Positions 23,801-34,100 of a stretch of 64,000 nucleotides of DNA are shown piece after piece. The first letter of the stretch is position 1; each line of letters opens with the position of its first letter. This stretch comes from Mantamonas sphyraenae STR306. Taxonomy: Eukaryota; Protista; CRuMs. The translations under genes and the position numbers were made by a program. The stretch is taken from positions 1-64,000 of the forward strand of contig JAPMXV010000074.1 in the NCBI GenBank assembly GCA_026936335.1, in the 5' to 3' direction. The notes beneath the pieces were generated by a model that saw nothing but the letters and a program-made list of their open reading frames with translations, was not told the DNA's origin and did not search any database.

Positions 23801-24794
23801 CAACCACAACCTCCTGCGGCCTGCCTCGTCGGAACTTTTGGCTGAAATCCCCACGCCACGGCTTTGGCGACCCCTTTGCCTCGTGCGACGCCTGCCACTG
23901 CTGCTGCTCCTTCCACTGCGCACGCGTGTACTCTGCAATGCGTTCCTGCTGCGCCGCGACTTCTTCCTCCCGCTGCGCACGGTGCCGCGCTTTCGTCGGC
24001 GGCGAAGGCCGCGCTCCCAAGCGCGCGCTCCCACGCCCGCCTCCTGTGCTCGTCGTCTTTCGTGTGTACATTGCCATCGACGTTTGCGCTCGACGTCTTC
24101 GCGATTCCTCTTCCGCCTCACCTTCCGACGACTCGGAATCCTCCAGCTCCGCCTGCTCAAGCGTACGCGTCAGATTCGCCACCGTCGACCTCGCCGACGG
24201 ACGTCCGTAGTTCCCATTTCGACTGATCGGTGTGCTGCTCGATGGTTTGCCTGCCGCCAGCAGAAAGTACTCTGACGACGACCCTGCCTGTGGCGACCCA
24301 CGCACCTGCGAGCGCTTTTCCGAAACGGCTAGCTCAAACACAAACGTCTCCCGCAGATACCCAAACCGAATCGAATCTCCGTGCAGAAGCTGACATGTCG
24401 CCCCACGCACCACCGTGTCGTTCACAAATGTCCCATTCCGGCTTCCTTGGTCCGTCAGGAACGCCCGGTACGTTCCTTGCCGCCCGCTCTCTCCTTGCAG
24501 TGTGTATGCCGCCTCCACCTCTGTCACTTCAATCACAGCGTGCACATTCGACACGCTGTTCGATGCCAGCACAATGTCGCACTTGCTCTTGCTGCGTCCG
24601 ATCACCACAGACTCCGACTGCAGCTCGAAAATCACCTTGGACGACTTGAGTCGCGCTCGCATCTTTCTTCTTGCTGGCTTTTGCTGCTGCTCCACTAGTC
24701 CACTCGAACGGCGTTTACGTGCACACACACCCGCACGCTCTGCAGAGGCACGTCGAAACAATTTTTCTGCTTCTGCCTGCGCCCCCGCACCCAT
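20811..24794 (-). CDS. N-terminal FHA domain plus long coiled-coil protein (SLMAP/FHAD1-like architecture); start at 24794 or 24662
   Basis: FHA motifs VIGRS...VSNVHAVI...DQGSRNGTFVN...LLHGDSIRFG; E/K/Q/A-rich heptads over about 900 aa. Confidence 0.88.
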   Translation of the reverse strand: MGAGAQAEAEKLFRRASAERAGVCARKRRSSGLVEQQQKPARRKMRARLKSSKVIFELQSESVVIGRSKSKCDIVLASNSVSNVHAVIEVTEVEAAYTLQGESGRQGTYRAFLTDQGSRNGTFVNDTVVRGATCQLLHGDSIRFGYLRETFVFELAVSEKRSQVRGSPQAGSSSEYFLLAAGKPSSSTPISRNGNYGRPSARSTVANLTRTLEQAELEDSESSEGEAEEESRRRRAQTSMAMYTRKTTSTGGGRGSARLGARPSPPTKARHRAQREEEVAAQQERIAEYTRAQWKEQQQWQASHEAKGSPKPWRGDFSQKFRRGRPQEVVVEASESEEEDSEGEESEDESEGESSEEGEEEVQEVVQETSRSRGGREDERMKQLRDKLRQEKQARVQSEEQLRLLQSQQANVTVADSEAVKLLGQQLDEMRRTLESKEQELKEAKRKQRRAWQKPADTQVFAPVVMSESQQDGSSQGVAGMLHEQRKQTMRARVEAAMRQMRGVQEGEEGLDGASSSGETEVDVDVVEQHLKALEAALEADNAQHDAALVAHVREKCAAECEAEHASLKGELEEAQAQQGVLKQQLEEVEEGRKGAEEARAALEEEMGHLRKELEAAQEALGKAREEHEAKVGEMEGELERLRGEKEEAQEALGKAQEEHEAKVGELEGELGRLRGEKEEAQAKAQEEHEAKVGELEGELERLREEKEKAQEEHEAKVGELEGEMEKLRVEKETELQRAMEELEEAKQVWEKGDEERKKEHEATVAEEVEKRKEVEKKLEELQSLSSQLRESSGDPLEMQRKLDAEREANLALQEQVQSAQADVDAARAAFEEEKSSWESSHASSASELERELKEAQKKIGELEASVKARAKEAEDTMQVREGLLQRLGEAQADRERAEAAEGELASVKAAQADATSRISELQQKVAALQSEKDEYAAQVEALDAHLQESLGHLQEAVGDMGSVRQNAREKVEGSLMKVVDALDRAESRAAELRERIKSLEAQVKELEAEEGREEKVKLERDEGELEEVERRILGLKSEKEELEGQLEELEEAQREQTRMEAQVDESTLAREATAAKFAEQMAALKEQIKHSARVSEGQLEQMHQRYKRQLAVSNESVEEAQRAYEELFAKSKEMRTQIEELKEREEEMGGRVAKAEEERAKARASVKKEKATNKGLEAQVKELTKKLGASENSLKGTRRVLEDSDRRRAELEKKLEGALAELKETRGALAQSRTDNQEMGKLLSEFNRDDASALSVEAKTDQLREMNKQLLDTVQARSEEIVSLKQRLGEAKAQTEALRDAKAKEVGELKMSVHKLTQKVKELGGA
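22600..22960 (-). repeat. Four intragenic tandem repeats encoding AQEEHEAKVGELEGELxRLRxEKE
   Basis: Repeated CCCCAACCTTTGCCTCRTGCTCCTCC with variable unit length (about 60-81 bp). Confidence 0.88.
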
Positions 24795-24808
24795 CGCCAC
24801 GAGCTCCG

Positions 24809-26503
24809 ATGCGTCGCCGACATCGCCTCATCCTTCTCATCCTCTCCGCATTTGCCTTTGTCCTTCTCCAGCTCCTCCTCCTCCCTTTCTCCTTCTCCAC
24901 TCCCATCTCTCGTCTCTTGAGCGCGAAACAGCGAACACGCACCCCGCCCTCTTCCTCCCCCTCTCCGCCTCCGCCCGAGGCCACCTACGACGAGTGTCTC
25001 CTACCATCTGCGGGGCTCAAAGTCCTCTTCCTCGACGACTATTGCATCGCAAACAAGAGCTCCACCGTCCGCTTGCAGAAAGCCCGCCCGCGCCGCGAAG
25101 GAATCGCCCTACGCATGGACACAGAGCTTGACGGCCCCTTTAGCGGCTACTACACCATCATGCAAGACCCAACTCTCGGTCGAGGACTTGAATTTGTCCG
25201 CATCTACTACCGTTGCATCGAACGCGGCTTCACCGCCACTAGGAACGGCGACGACATGGAGAAGCGCATGCACACCTGCTACGCAGAGAGCCACGACTAT
25301 GGAAAGACCTTTCACCGTTCCATCATCGCCACACATGCTCTCATGGACAACTCCACACGCAACAACATCATCTGGACTGGCACTCTCTCACACAACTTTG
25401 CTCCCCTCATCGACACGCGGCCCGGCGCTCACCCACGCTACAAGGCCCTTGGTGGCTCAGACGGCTGCTGTGCCTACAACGGCACCTTTCTCCTCTCCAG
25501 CGTCGATGCCATCCACTGGGAGCTCGCCAGTCTCGACTGGGTTCTCAGCTGGCGCAACGTCAACAACACTCGCTTCCACAGCTTCTTTGACTCCCTCAAC
25601 GTCATCGAATGGAACCCTCACACGCGTACGTATGACCTCTGGGCGCGCTCCAACGTCGACGAAGGCCTACGGACACTCTGCACCCATTCTGTCCCCGACC
25701 TCCACCAAGACTTTGGCATCGTCTCAGACGACATGCTTCCCCTCGTCGAGGTCTCCAACAGCACAGAAACCACAGAAACCTACTACATGATGCATCCTGT
25801 CCACATGCAACACGTCGTCGCACCGCGAATTGGCTTTGGCACACGCTTTGCCGGTCGATCCCGCAAAGTCGTCTATGTCGAAGGCGAACACCCCGTCGAC
25901 GGCTCCACAGAACTCGGCCTCCTTGTACAGCGACGTGGGACCTGGTTTCACACGGACCTCGACGCCTTTATCACCCCCAACGACCATAACGACGAGTGGG
26001 TAGGCCGCTCCATCTACAACTCCTACGGCACCGTCCTGGACCCCATCGCACAGCGCCTCTACATCTACGCGCAGATAGGTGCCAACAGGGCTTCCAACCA
26101 CGTCCGCCGCTACTCCCTCCGTATCGATGGCCTCGGCTTTGCGCACTTTCCAGACCCGCCCGCTCCTCAACCGCAACACCTCTCCCTACGCTCCTTCAAC
26201 CTCACCACTGAATGCCGATTGCACGTCATTCTCAACGTCCACGTCGCATCCATGGCAATGCTTTGGGTCGAAGCAGCCGTCCCTGGCAATCCCACACGCC
26301 GCAGCCTACCCATCACCGGCGATCACACAGCCGCCCCTGTCTTCTGGCCCACGCCCTCCCACGACAGATCGTCCACCCTGCCCTTGCAGCCCTCCGCCAC
26401 TGTGCCCCTCCAACTTCGCATCTGTGTTCGCGGCGGGGCCAATTTGTACAGCGTCCGCACAACCTGCACAGCACCCGATCCATCAACCAACACACCGAAA
26501 TAG
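24809..26503 (+). CDS. Type II membrane glycoside-hydrolase-like beta-propeller protein, paralogue 2
   Basis: MRRRHR followed by hydrophobic anchor LILLILSAFAFVLLQLLLL and a Pro-rich stem; same motif order as 18086-19723, including GxDGCCAY and FHSFFDSLN. Confidence 0.75.
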   Translation: MRRRHRLILLILSAFAFVLLQLLLLPFSFSTPISRLLSAKQRTRTPPSSSPSPPPPEATYDECLLPSAGLKVLFLDDYCIANKSSTVRLQKARPRREGIALRMDTELDGPFSGYYTIMQDPTLGRGLEFVRIYYRCIERGFTATRNGDDMEKRMHTCYAESHDYGKTFHRSIIATHALMDNSTRNNIIWTGTLSHNFAPLIDTRPGAHPRYKALGGSDGCCAYNGTFLLSSVDAIHWELASLDWVLSWRNVNNTRFHSFFDSLNVIEWNPHTRTYDLWARSNVDEGLRTLCTHSVPDLHQDFGIVSDDMLPLVEVSNSTETTETYYMMHPVHMQHVVAPRIGFGTRFAGRSRKVVYVEGEHPVDGSTELGLLVQRRGTWFHTDLDAFITPNDHNDEWVGRSIYNSYGTVLDPIAQRLYIYAQIGANRASNHVRRYSLRIDGLGFAHFPDPPAPQPQHLSLRSFNLTTECRLHVILNVHVASMAMLWVEAAVPGNPTRRSLPITGDHTAAPVFWPTPSHDRSSTLPLQPSATVPLQLRICVRGGANLYSVRTTCTAPDPSTNTPK

Positions 26504-26524
26504 CATCTTCCATTTGTCCATTCT

Positions 26525-27695
26525 TCACTCTGCCTGCCTCCACACGCTCCCCAACCACTTGGTGACCCGTTGCACACCTGCCAAACACACTTCCTCCTTC
26601 CCCAACGCATCGGCCACCATCAGCCACGTTTCCACCTCCTCGTCCATTTCTGCACTCACCAGCCAGTGCACCTGGGGTCGCCACAACACAAAGTGCCCCT
26701 GGAGCTCAGCAAACACACTCCCATGCTCTCGGTGCACCTCCCGCATCTTCCACGCGCTCCCGCTTTGCCACGCACGCGCAAGCAAACGACACACCTCGGT
26801 CAACTTGCCTGCCGTCTCGTTCTTCACCGTATACATGTCCAGAGTCGGCAGTTCGATATCCCTCCCAAACAAGTGCATCATCGCCAACGGCGCCAACGCC
26901 ATCGTCATCGCATACTCCGCCGCACTCACCCTTCCGTGGCCCGCCAGATTTGCCCGTGCCCCACGGCTCACCAGATAACCACATACAGCCAGCTGTCCGT
27001 GACGTGTGGCCAGCTGCAACGCTGTGAATCGGTCCGGATACGCGTCCACACACACGCCCGCCGCCAACCCGCTCTTTACATCCTCCACGCGTCCGTCCCT
27101 CGCCGCCTCGCACATCTCCCTCGCTGCAAGTGTTCCGCGTCAGCCTCTCTCTCTCCCCAACTCCCGACCGCGTCCCCGCCCATCACCTACCCATTGCCCG
27201 ATTGCGTCGCAGATTCGCACGTATCTCCTCTCGTGTGTCTGGTCGCACACGCGTGTGCTCCACGCTCACTTCCAACACGCGAGGATACTGTGCTGTGATG
27301 CGCACCAGCTCCTCCCCAACCTCTTCCGACAGCGGGTTGTAGTCCATGAAAAGCGACTGCAGCTTCCGCGCTCTCTCCAGGTGCCTACACATGGCCATTC
27401 CGCCCTGTGCGCGTATATCGTTGTGGTTCAAGTTGACCTCCAGCACCTCTTCCGACATTTCTCCAATCATCGTCCCTGTGTTGCTGTCGTTCACAGCCAT
27501 AAACCCCAGCTGCAGACGCCACCAGCTATCCTCCAGCACCCGGTCTGGTATCGCCAGATTGCGCGCAAGCACCTTGTTTTCTGCCTCGTTAACCAGTGCT
27601 TGCATGTCTGCGTCCTCCGACATCGACGTCTCCAGCTGCACGTTCAACTCGTCCGCCGGCTGCGAATGCATCGCCCGAAACACCGTTTGCAGCAT
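26525..27695 (-). CDS. Two-exon gene: RI-like LRR region fused to an ankyrin-repeat region; 5' end uncertain
   Basis: A 67-nt intron at 27190-27124 (GTAGGT...GCTGAC...TTGCAG) joins RRNRAM-A-REMCEAARDG in frame. LRR motifs LEVNLNHNDIRAQG and LQSLFMDYNPL; ankyrin motif FTALQLATRHGQLAVCGYLVSRGA. Confidence 0.75.
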
Positions 27696-28162
27696 CGCGT
27701 TTGCTCCGTGAACCGCTTCTCCACCGCCTCCCTTCCCACTCGTGCCTGTCTGCCCCGTCCTTGTCCCTCCTCCTCCCGCCCCTCGCCATTTCCCCACTCG
27801 TTCCAAGTTGCCTCTACTCTGCATCTGCTTCCCGCTCTCGCGTCCGTCCCCACCGCCACGACTATGCACACCCACACCCACCCGCTCCCTCCTCCCGCCT
27901 TCGACCCCCTTTTGCTTTGTGTCCCCATCAACGCCCATCCCCTGTCTCCACGATTGCCCTTCTCCCGCCTTCTCCCGCACCCAGCGCCCGTCCTCCTCCC
28001 ATCCATACCCATAGGCTCCCTCTGTGCCCTCTTTGCTCCAATTCTCCTCCTGTGCTCTCTCCATTCCACGCGTTCCGTGCCCGCTCATCGGATGTCTCTT
28101 GGTTCGTTTGCAGCAGCTGGGGCGTCTGCGCCTCCCACGCCACCCAAAAACAACTTTCAGTC

Positions 28163-31100
28163 ATGGGAGCCAACAATTCGTCCTATCTTTTGGAAGAAGG
28201 CATGGATGCGTCGGATCTGCCCGATCTCCTCGCAGAGACCGTTGCCGACGATGCCGACTTCCTTCGCTTCACCCCTGAGCAGCTCCTCGACGACGATCTC
28301 GTCGAGGACATTTACTCAGGCCTGCACCGATTCGGTAAGCCCCCCGTCCCTCGCTCTCCCTCCTCAAGCCCAATCCCACCTATGCTCACACCACCCTTCC
28401 AGTGCCCAAGTTTGACGAATCGCGCTGTGCCGAGGGACTGATGATCACAAACGACGGCACCACCGTCGAGTACTCATCCACCGGAAGCAACTACAACTGG
28501 AAGACCGTCATCGGCAAGCACCCGCTCAACCTCAAGAACGACATTGAGGTTGAATACCAGATCGAAAACTGCCCCAGGTGCGTTCCCTGTTCGCCTTTTG
28601 CCCAAATTCCAGATTCCACCGCCGCACATAATCTGCCCTCTCCCGGTGCCCGATCTTCCGGCTCTTCCGCTCCCCTCTCCACACTCTGCACACCCTGCAC
28701 GCATCGTTTTCCCACCCTATTCCCCACGTGCATCACACTTCCCCTCCTCCTCCATCCCATGCCATCCCGTGTTCCTTTGCATCCGCGTTCCTCCAAAACC
28801 CCGCCCCTCTTTTTTCTGTGCACCCCCTTTGTCTTCCCTCGTGAACACGGATCTCTCTTTCCAACGTCCTGCCCGCCCAAATTACTCACCCGTCGCCCAT
28901 CGCTCCCACCTTCACAGCGGCGACATCATGGTCGGCATGTGCTGTGCAGACCACACTCTGCAGAACACCTACATCGGTGGCTCCTCCAGCTATCCTGGCT
29001 ATTGCTAGTACGTGTCAACGCAGCCCCAAATGTGTTTGTGCATTTTTTGTCCAGCCGTCCAGCCTTCACCCCACTGTCCCACACATCTTTGCACTCTGTC
29101 TCCCCCTACCCATCCCAGACACCCTACACCCCACACTGTCCTTCCCCTATGCTTCCCCCCATCCTCCCACCCCTCCTGCAACCTCGATGCTCAACTTCCA
29201 TCCGCCACTCACACTCGCGTTTGCGAAATTTCCTTCGCCCCCTTTCCTCCTCCTCCTCCTCCTCCTCCTCTCTCCCCTTAACCCCCCGACAGCTATTCTT
29301 GTGCCTACAAGTACAACCAGGGCAGCTCCACAAACTACGGAGAATATTGGGGCTCTGGCGACACCATCGTCATGAAGATCACCAAGGGCGTTCTCTCGTT
29401 CTCCAAGAACGGCGTGGACCAGGGCCCAGCATACGAAGGCGTCGCCGGCGAGCTCTATCCCGCCGTCACTCTCTACTGCCAGTCCGACAAGGTCACCATG
29501 AACGCCAAGGACACAAAGGTCGCCATCAACGAGACCTTTGACAAGAACGAAGAGGCCGTCGCCGAGGAGCTCCAGCTCGCACGCACAGACCTCGACACCA
29601 ACCTCAAGGATCTCGGTCAGATTTCCGGCAAGATCCCTCACTGGGTCACTCAGCCCCTCGAGGACCCGGGCAAGCTCAAGCAGATTGCAGAGCTGCGCGA
29701 GGATGTCGCCCTCGCACCCCAGATCGCAAATCTGCGCCTTGCAGGCGACCAGAGCATCATCTCTGGCTTCTCCTCTCGCCTCTACCGTCGCTTTGCGATC
29801 CTCAAGCGCATTCAGATCGCTCTCCTCCGCGATTCCGAGCGCAAGAAGCTCTCATCCGACAGCCTCAACTCCACTGGCTACGACAGGCAGCAGACCACCC
29901 CCGAGTGGGTTGCCTTTGCCCAGAGCCACGTCAAGTTCCTGCTCATGCTCCTCGACGCCGCAAACGTCGCCAACCCGGGCTCCTTTGCCTCTCTCCTCTC
30001 CATTGCTCAGGACATGGCCGACAAGCTCCCGCGCCAGACCGCAGACACCAGCTCCGCTCTCCCCGACGTCTTTGACGCTGGCCTCGACACCTTTTTCGAC
30101 GCTCTCCTCGACAAGACCACCCAGGCCATTGCCGATGCTGACGCAAAGCTCGTCCAGGACCTCTTTACCGTCCTCTTCCAGGTCGCCACCGCACGCGGTT
30201 CCTCAAAGAACATCCTCCAGCTTGTCCACCTCCTCGTTCAGGCTCGCGACGATGCTCTCCCCGACGTCGACGACGCACTTGCCTTCCTTCAGTCTCAGGA
30301 CTACGCACGCATTCTCAACTGCGTCAGCCCGGCCCTCCAGGTCTCCTCCTGGACCGTCCCCGACGCACCCGAGTTTGCAGAGGCTGAGGACCTCCAGAAG
30401 CATCTCCACGACGCTACCATTGCATGTGACGACCGCTTCATCTATCTCCACAGCAACACCCACGGACTTGTCAAGCTCGGCACGGGCAACCCGGGCACAT
30501 CCACCGTCCCCGGCCGCCTCTACGCAAGCAACCCAGACTTCCGCCCCAAGGAAAAGGGCTGGATGGCTGTCATCGACGGCAAGATCTACTACCGCTCTCC
30601 TCAAATCGCCCCCAAGCCCTTCCTCGTCGTAGACACCCGCTCTCTCCAGGAAATCGACGACCAATTTGCAACCGCCGTTGCAGACAAGTTTGCAGGCGCC
30701 ACCCAGGACGCAGACGACGCCACCCCAGCCGATGACTCCTCCGCTGCCGCTGCCGCTGCCTCCTCCTCCTCCTCCTCCTCTTCTGCCTCCTCCTCTTCCA
30801 GCAGCTCCGCCGACGCCGACGCCTCCTCCTCCTCGGACGCCACCAAGGCCAAGGCCGGAGCCATCGATGGCCCCACCGCAGAATACCCGCTCCTCGGCCC
30901 CGAGGACGAGTCCACCGCCGCCGAGGCCGACGCAGAGGGCGCCTCCTCCTCCTCCTCTGCCGCTGCCTCCGGTGCCACCGAAAAGAACCGCACCCCGATC
31001 ACCACCGACGGTCGCTACCTCTACACCCTCTCGCGCCAGCGCAACGAGACCAAGCCCGGCGCAGACGAAGACGAGGCAACCTTCACCACCTTTGTCGACA

Positions 31101-34100
31101 TCCACGACCCGCGCCAGAACTACAAGCACCTGCGCCGCGTGCCCCTCCAGGGCTTCCCCCAGGTCGACAACGCCGACGTCGCATACGCTGTCAACTGCGC
31201 AGGCGACCAGTACATCAGCACCGATGGCATCACCTACCTCGCCGACCGCGGCTACACAAACTCGAGCACTCTCAACCGCAAGGAGGGCACCGAAGTCCAA
31301 GGTACCATGGACACAGAGCTCTTCCGCTCCGCGCGCATGGGCACCGACTTCACCTACTCCATCCCCGTGCCCAACGGCGACTACCGCATCACCCTCAAGC
31401 TCGCCGAACTCAACACCGGCGTCAACACTGCCGGCAAGCGCGTCTTTGACGTCAAGGTCAACGGCCGCGTCCTGCTGGCCAGCGTCGACCCCTACCTTGT
31501 CAAGTCCAACCAGGCTGCCTCCGTCTATTGCCGCGCACGCGCCACGAACGGCAAGCTCGACATCCAGTTCACCGCCACAAAGACCACCCCGGCCACAGTC
31601 TGTGCCATTGTCGTCCACTGCACAAAGCCAGACATCGACCCCATCTCTCTCATGGCACGCACCCTCGTCGACGCTCACTTTGTCACCAACGGCGACCAGC
31701 TCTCCATCGTCATGCCCAGCAACCTCGACGTCCTCAACTCTGCACGCCAGACAAAGATGAAGCAGGCCCTCGCCTACACCTTTGACCTCTCCTCCGGACA
31801 GCTCGCAAGCGTGGAGTTCCTTGGCGGCGACGAGGCCATGTCCACCGCCTACGACCACACCTTCAACTGCGGCTGGATCTACCGCCGCGAGAACGTCACT
31901 CGCCACGCAAACCAGGGCAACTCGCCTTCCTCCGACCTCTTTGCCGTGGACGTCACAAAGAGCATGACCCCGCAGCACATTCTGTCCATGTATGGCTCAG
32001 ACGCCACTCTTCCCGTCGCAGACCTCGCCCTCTTTTCCGGCTCCGACTCCGTCACAAAGGCCTCTTCGGGCTACGACTTTGCCGTCCAGATGCTCGCCCA
32101 TCTCGACCGCCTGGCCCAGCCCTTCCGTGTCGCCAACTCCGACGCACGCATGGATCTCATGAGCAACCTTGGCCAGCAGCTGCGTCTCGGCCCGCGTTCC
32201 GCACTTGCCTACGAGGTCAACCAGGGCACGTTCAAGACCCTCATCGACCTGCTCCAGCTCCACGCGGACGCCTACTTTACACCCGACGCCTCGCTCAGCC
32301 CCCTTCAGCTCACCAACCGCCTCTACGTCCTCCTCGCCTCCCTGCGCCAGCTCGAGGTCAACATGCACGCCTTGGCCAAGAGCCACGTGCAGCCGCACAC
32401 GGTCGGCTTGGGCGAACACGCCTCTTGCACCGACGAGGCCAACGCCGCCGCCGCTCAGCTGCGTCAGGCTGCCGTTGACCTCATGCTCCGCATCGTCAAC
32501 CAGGAGCCGCAAGTTCCTTCCAACGACGCCCTCGCCGTTGTCCTCGAACGCATCGCCCCCATCATCCAGCTCGAAGCAAGTGTCGTCCTCACCGCAGGCC
32601 TCGACACCTTTTACCCCAACACCGTTGACCAGGCCGACCTCCTCAACTCCTACATCAAGGAGCGCGAGGCCGACCCGTCTGCCTTTACCACGGCCAAGAA
32701 GCTCTTCCTCGACGATCTCATGACCAAGTTTGCCTCGCACACCACCGTGAGCGGCCTGCTTGCCTCTGTCAAGAGCCCGGCCCCGGCGGCCGCGGCATCC
32801 TCATCGTCGTCCTCCTCCTCGTCGTCGTCGTCCAGCTCCAGCTCCAGCTCGGCCCTGGCCCGCACCACATCCTCTGTCTCCCAGGAGGACGGCGTGCTCA
32901 ACACCGTCAACACCTTGGTCGGTGTGCTGCTGCGCGAGACCATGAACCACCTGGAGACGCACCTGAACACACGCGAGGCCTTCCTCGCCGATGACTTTGT
33001 GCCCCTGGCCGAGAGCAAGGCCCAAAGTGTGCTCCTCGCCATCCAGTCGCAGCTCATCCACCAGGCCGAGTTCAGCCTCAACGCAGGCTCCACCCAGCCC
33101 GAAAAGGACTCGGACATCGTTCGCTCGGCCTCCGACTCCCTCGTCCTGCTCGCCAAGTACACAGAGACCCTGTTTGCCCAGGCCAGCCATGTGCTCGACG
33201 CCGTCCACAAGGCCAACAAGCTCGCCGAACGCGGCGCAGGCTCGTCCAACAACACCTACACCGACCTGCTCCACCCGTTCCTGTGCGAATTTGTCGGTTC
33301 CACCTTTGTCGGCACCCTGCTGCCGTCTCTGGCCACAGCAACCTGCTTCATGAGCCACCAGCTCTTCTTTGCCCAGCGTGTCGTCGACAAGGCCGCCACG
33401 CTGCTGACCGCCATCGACAACATCAACCGTATGCTGCCCGAAGTGCCCATCAAGCGCAAGAAGGAGATCGTCAAGAGCTCCAAGGCCGAAGAAGACACCG
33501 AGGAGGGCGCCGCCGCTGCTGCTGCCGCTGCTGCTGCCGCCGAGGAGGATGAAGAGGACGAGGACGACGCCCAAACCGAAAAGAACGCAGAGGCCATCGC
33601 CGAATTTGCCGAGTTTGTCTTTGACGACAGCGCGGACGGACCCGTCACGCAGACTTTCACCCAGGTTGTCACCGTGCCCTACGCCACACGCCTGCTGGTG
33701 ACCTTTGAGCAGGAAAAGGTCAAGGAGGAGGCCGCCAAGGACGACGGCGCCAAGGAAGACGCCGCCAAGGAGGACGCACCCAAGGAGGACGCACCCAAGG
33801 AGGCCAGCGCCGACGCAGCCTCCTCCTCCTCCTCCTCCTCCTCTGCCACCGAAGAGGCTGCTGCAGAGGAAGAAGACGCCGAGGAGACGCCCGAAGACGT
33901 GCTGACTGTGCAGATCTACCGCGGCCCGGGCCTGACCAACATTGTGGAGGAGCACAAGTTCAACGCACGCTCTCTGCCCACAGACAAGCCCGTCGAGGTC
34001 GAAGGCGACACTGCCGTCGTCCTGTTCACCATCGAGGTGCACTCGGCCGCCAAGCAGACCGCCGTTCCGGCCTTCAAGGTGCACGCCACCGCCAAGGAAA

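Noticed and set aside
26525-28088. LRR and ankyrin ORFs as two separate genes
   Set aside because: A canonical 67-nt intron spans the apparent stop and joins them in frame.
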